From Entomortierella parvispora E1425 (Eukaryota > Fungi > Mortierellomycota), in assembly GCA_020891255.1 (NCBI GenBank), contig BQFW01000012.1:124001-188000 (forward strand): 64,000 nt of DNA, in the 5' to 3' direction. Made by a program: the position numbers and the translations under genes. Under the pieces are notes generated by a model that did not search any database, was not told the origin of the DNA, and saw only the letters and a list, made by a program, of their open reading frames with translations. Within the stretch, counting starts at the first letter, position 1; each line of letters starts with the position of its first letter. Below are positions 60,209 to 64,000 of the stretch, piece after piece.

Positions 60209-60687
60209 GGAAGCAAGACGGGTGAGTCGGATGAGAAAGAATGGATGAGAAGGTTGTTGCCCGTTTTGTAAGTCAGTCAGTCAGTCAGTCAGTCAGTCAA
60301 TCGGTCGTTGAGAGGTCGGTCGTCTGGCCAAGGAGCTCCGCAGGTTGGATGGTTGAGAGGGATGGAAGGAGAAGGAGAGCAGGTGAAAGAAGAGAGCGGG
60401 AGATGGCACCCACCAACCAACCCACCAGCCAACCAACCAACCAACCACCCACAGCAAACAGCCATAGAACAGGACAGAAGACAAAAATCTCCTCTCGCTG
60501 GTCGCGATTCAAACACGTACGCAGATCGCCGTACGTGACTTGTGTTGATCTCTCTCGTTGCCTTTCAAAGATCTCGCATGGTCTTTCTGGCAGTGTTGTC
60601 CTTTGTCCCTTTCTCTGCCTCGATCCTCATCCCAGGAACTGACCTCAGAACGACCCACTCGGCCAAAGGAAGAGCAAATCGCCTGCC

Positions 60688-63600
60688 ATGGATCCCTACC
60701 GCCAGCAATACCGTACATGCTTAGTCTATCATCTCTGGACCTGAATTGCATTCAGTCTCCAGTCTTCATGCTAATCTCTCCTTCTTTTCTTCTCCTCAAA
60801 TAGCCCCATACCAGGGACAGCCTCCACAGCAGCAAGGACCACCGCCTCATCTTCGTCACGGAGCGCCACCCCCAGGACACTATGGGCCACCCCCGCCTCA
60901 CATGGCTGGGCATCCTCCACCCCATATGCCCATGTATCCAGGAGGACCCCCCCCAGGACCCGCTCAGCCACCCTATCAACAGTATCCACCCCATATGCCC
61001 TATCCAGGCGCACCTCTCCCCCAACCTCATCACCAGCAGCCTTACCCAATGCAGCACCACCAACAACCACCCTATGGCGGTATGCCACCCCAACATCAAA
61101 GGATGCCGCCCCCTAGAGCAGGACCACCAGGATACGGTCCTCCAGGAGGACCCCCAGGAGGACTAATGCCACCAGGCGCCATGGGGTCTGCACCGCCACC
61201 ACTGAGTATCGGAGGGCCCGCTGGATACGTACCAACGCCTCCACCTTCAGCACAGGGATTGAAGCCAGCTGCAGCACCTGGAGCAACAGTTGTAGGAGGT
61301 GCGTTGCCAGACAAAATGAATACTCTGTTCATTGGATCAATTGCACCCGGGATCAATAATGTCGTCATGGAAAAGTTGCTCAAGGTTGGTTTACAAAAGC
61401 GCTATAGGTCCTCGCCCTTTTTATCTATCATAGGAAATCTGGGTGAAAACCTAACAAGAATCGGTTGCTTATATTTCTTCATAATAGACTACGGGAGAGT
61501 TGGTACGATGGAAGCGTGTCCAGGATCCAACAACACAACAATGGAAAGCTTTTGGATTTGCAGAATATGCCGACGCGGATTCTCTTCTCAGGACTCTCCG
61601 TGTGCTCGGTCAGGATGGCAAGCAGCCCAAGGGCGAGAAACCCGTAGGCTTGGAGCTTCAGGCAATGGACGGATCCGGGATTGTCAAGGCGCTTTTAGTC
61701 AAGGCTGATGAAAAGACCCGGCAGTTCTTGGACCAGTACGACGAAAGTCGACCCAGCACCATTGTAAGCTTTTTTTTTTTGCCAAGGAGTTTTTTCTGGT
61801 CTAGTCTTATCGTATATCAATCATCTGACATTTTTTAAACGAAAACAGCTTGATAGCGAGAAAGACAAGACGGCACTGGCGAACGCTATGAAGATTATTC
61901 AACAAATGAAGGACGGCACTCTGGATATGACGACTGAATCTGAATCGGATGCCAAGGACGAAAAAGCTAAAGACGACAGCAATGCCAGCTCTGCCGAGCC
62001 CAACTATCCTCACAGCCACCAATTCAAGTTATCAACCTCCACCGCAGGCGATGGAGAAGAGCTTCCCGAGGAACAAAAAGAACTCATTGCACGCGAGTTG
62101 CTCTTTTTCCGTGAACGAGCCGCCATCAAGGAGAAGGAGAAGAAGGAAGAGGAGGAAAAAGCCGAGAGGTTACGCAACTCGCAGCAGCACAAACAACTGC
62201 AGCGTGAACAACGAGAGCGGGAACGGGAGAGAGAGCGCGAGAAAGAGTCTAGCAATGCCGCCCCCACTGTTGCACAAAGGATGGGACGCGAGAGGGCCTG
62301 GGGAAGTGGACCCCGGCAGGTGGACTTTGTTGCTTCCAGTGCAAGTGCTACTGCAGAGTCGTCATCGTCGACAGCGGCTGCACCCAAGGGTTCTGATGAT
62401 GCAGCTGCAGCTACAACTACGAGCATGGAGGTAGACACTGGCATGGACTCTGAGGAAGAAGAAAGGTCTCGCCAGGAGCGACGCGACCGAGAACTGGAGC
62501 AGAGCTACAGAGAACGTGAAAGGCGCTGGGAGCAAAGGGAGGCAGAACGGAGTCGTTTATATGAGAAAGATCGCATCCGAGATGAGGAATACACTGCGGG
62601 CATGCAGGCCGCCAAGGAAGCGATTGGACACCGATTCGCACAGTGGGATGATGAGGTAGAGCGCGAAAGGCGGCATGAAGACTATTATCGTGATAGGTGC
62701 GTATCTTTGTCCTGTTCACCACTCATCATTGGATTTGTGTGGAGTATACCCTCCAAAAAAAAAAAAAAAAAAAAAAGCTCGGAACTAACAAGGTGCTTTT
62801 ATGAACTGTTAGATCGAGGTGGTGGACCAAGAGACAGGCCTTCCTTCAAAAAGAGCAACGTTATGATGATTTGGACCGCGAGGAAGAGAAAGAGGAACTT
62901 GCACAGGAGGCTGCAAGGCAAGCTGCTGCAGGTGGCGAGACCGAAAAATCTGCCCCTTCTCAGGATCAGGACACAGAGATGACCGACGCGTCAAATGGAG
63001 GCTCATCCACACCGACCGTGGACGCGTCCACGATATTGCCCGACAGACCAACGGGACTCAAATTGAGTTTGGGTACAGCCAATGCAATTGCGTCTCTGAA
63101 GCGTGGATCTGATGCCAATGGTGCAAATGGAGGCAGTGGCACGCCCAACTCAGCGACCGGTAGCGGTTTTGCTGTCGCAAACGAATTTGAGCAGGACGAG
63201 GATGATGGCAAGGAGGTGAAGAAGCGCCGGTTATTTATCCCCGGTCAATCCTCTGACAGTCCGATGACAAGCACTGCTACTGGTACCATGACTGCCGAGG
63301 AGAAGGAGAAGATGGAGCAGGCTGCTAAGGCTTTGATTCAGTCTATTCCCTCTGATGCAGCAGGCCTCTGGAGCTGGCCCATCCAGTGGAAGTACGTCTT
63401 TGAGGACAAAGAATCAATCTTGACTGAAAAGATTCAACCGTTTACAGCTCGTAAAGTCATGGAACTGTTGGGTGTTCAGGAGGATGAGCTCACGAATTAC
63501 GTGGTGGAACATATCCGTAAGAAGCTAGCGCCTCAAGCATTGGTTGATGAACTTCGAAGCGTAAGTAATCTGCCGTAATGAGTTTCAACGGTGCACATGG

Positions 63601-63770
63601 CTCTTTTTTTTTTTTTTTTTTTTTTGAGGTGCATGCCTAACTGAATTTCATTGTTTTTTTAAACTTGTTCGCAATAGGCTCTGGACAGCGATGCGGATGT
63701 CCTGGTGATGAAGGTGTGGAGGATGCTTATTTTTGAAACCGAATCCAAGGCACGAAAAATCTCAAAGTGA
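60688..63770 (+). CDS. RBM25: RRM + PWI splicing factor (RBM25/Snu71-like), multi-exon
   Basis: Pro-rich N-terminus, RRM TLFIGSI...WKRVQDP..KAFGFAEY, RE/RD-rich region, PWI IPSDAAGLWSWPIQW...KKVMELLGVQEDEL..YVVEHI...LVMKVWRMLIFE. Confidence 0.88.
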
Positions 63771-64000
63771 ATTAGATGTCGCCAGTAAAATATAACTTGT
63801 AGCTTTATCCACTCAATTGAGGAACATGTGCTAGTCTTGGTGTGGGTTTCGATACAAGGGATAGAAACAGAGACAGAGAAAGAGAAAGGGTACGCAAATA
63901 CGCATCGCACTTGAAGGAAAAGAGCGTTTTATTTACATGGTCTGACAGCGGGGTCGTTTCAAACGCCTCTTCGTAATGATATCCAAACTGGCTGTTTCTC

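Overview
Eukaryotic, intron-rich, microsatellite-rich fungal DNA. The expanded F-box/LRR genes and the NACHT relic point to Mortierellaceae (inference). Conserved genes: a multi-exon hybrid histidine kinase, an Rco1-like double-PHD protein, a Uaf30/Spp27 (DEK_C+SWIB) protein, ASA1, RRP41, NR2C2AP, a GGA adaptor, two SCP2 proteins, an ARO3-type DAHP synthase, a pepsin-family protein, GET1, RBM25 and two identical tRNA-Ser(AGA) genes. Three accessory zones are interleaved. (1) 3.7-8.7 kb: a small secreted Cys-rich protein next to two tandem stand-alone Ty3/gypsy-type Gag capsid genes, with no pol or LTRs, a signature of purifying selection, and a PTAP late-domain motif plus probable intron in one copy. 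This is the strongest candidate for an undescribed system (domesticated, Arc/PEG10-like capsids). (2) 28.5-39.9 kb: four paralogous NAD(P)-binding Rossmann genes, two enclosed by an inverted tRNA pair and two sharing a 710-bp identical tract. (3) 51.3-58.6 kb: F-box/LRR, an intronless bacterial-type ATP-grasp gene (HGT candidate), a membrane-anchored F-box/LRR and a frameshifted NACHT relic. Exon structures were read by eye and no database search was possible.
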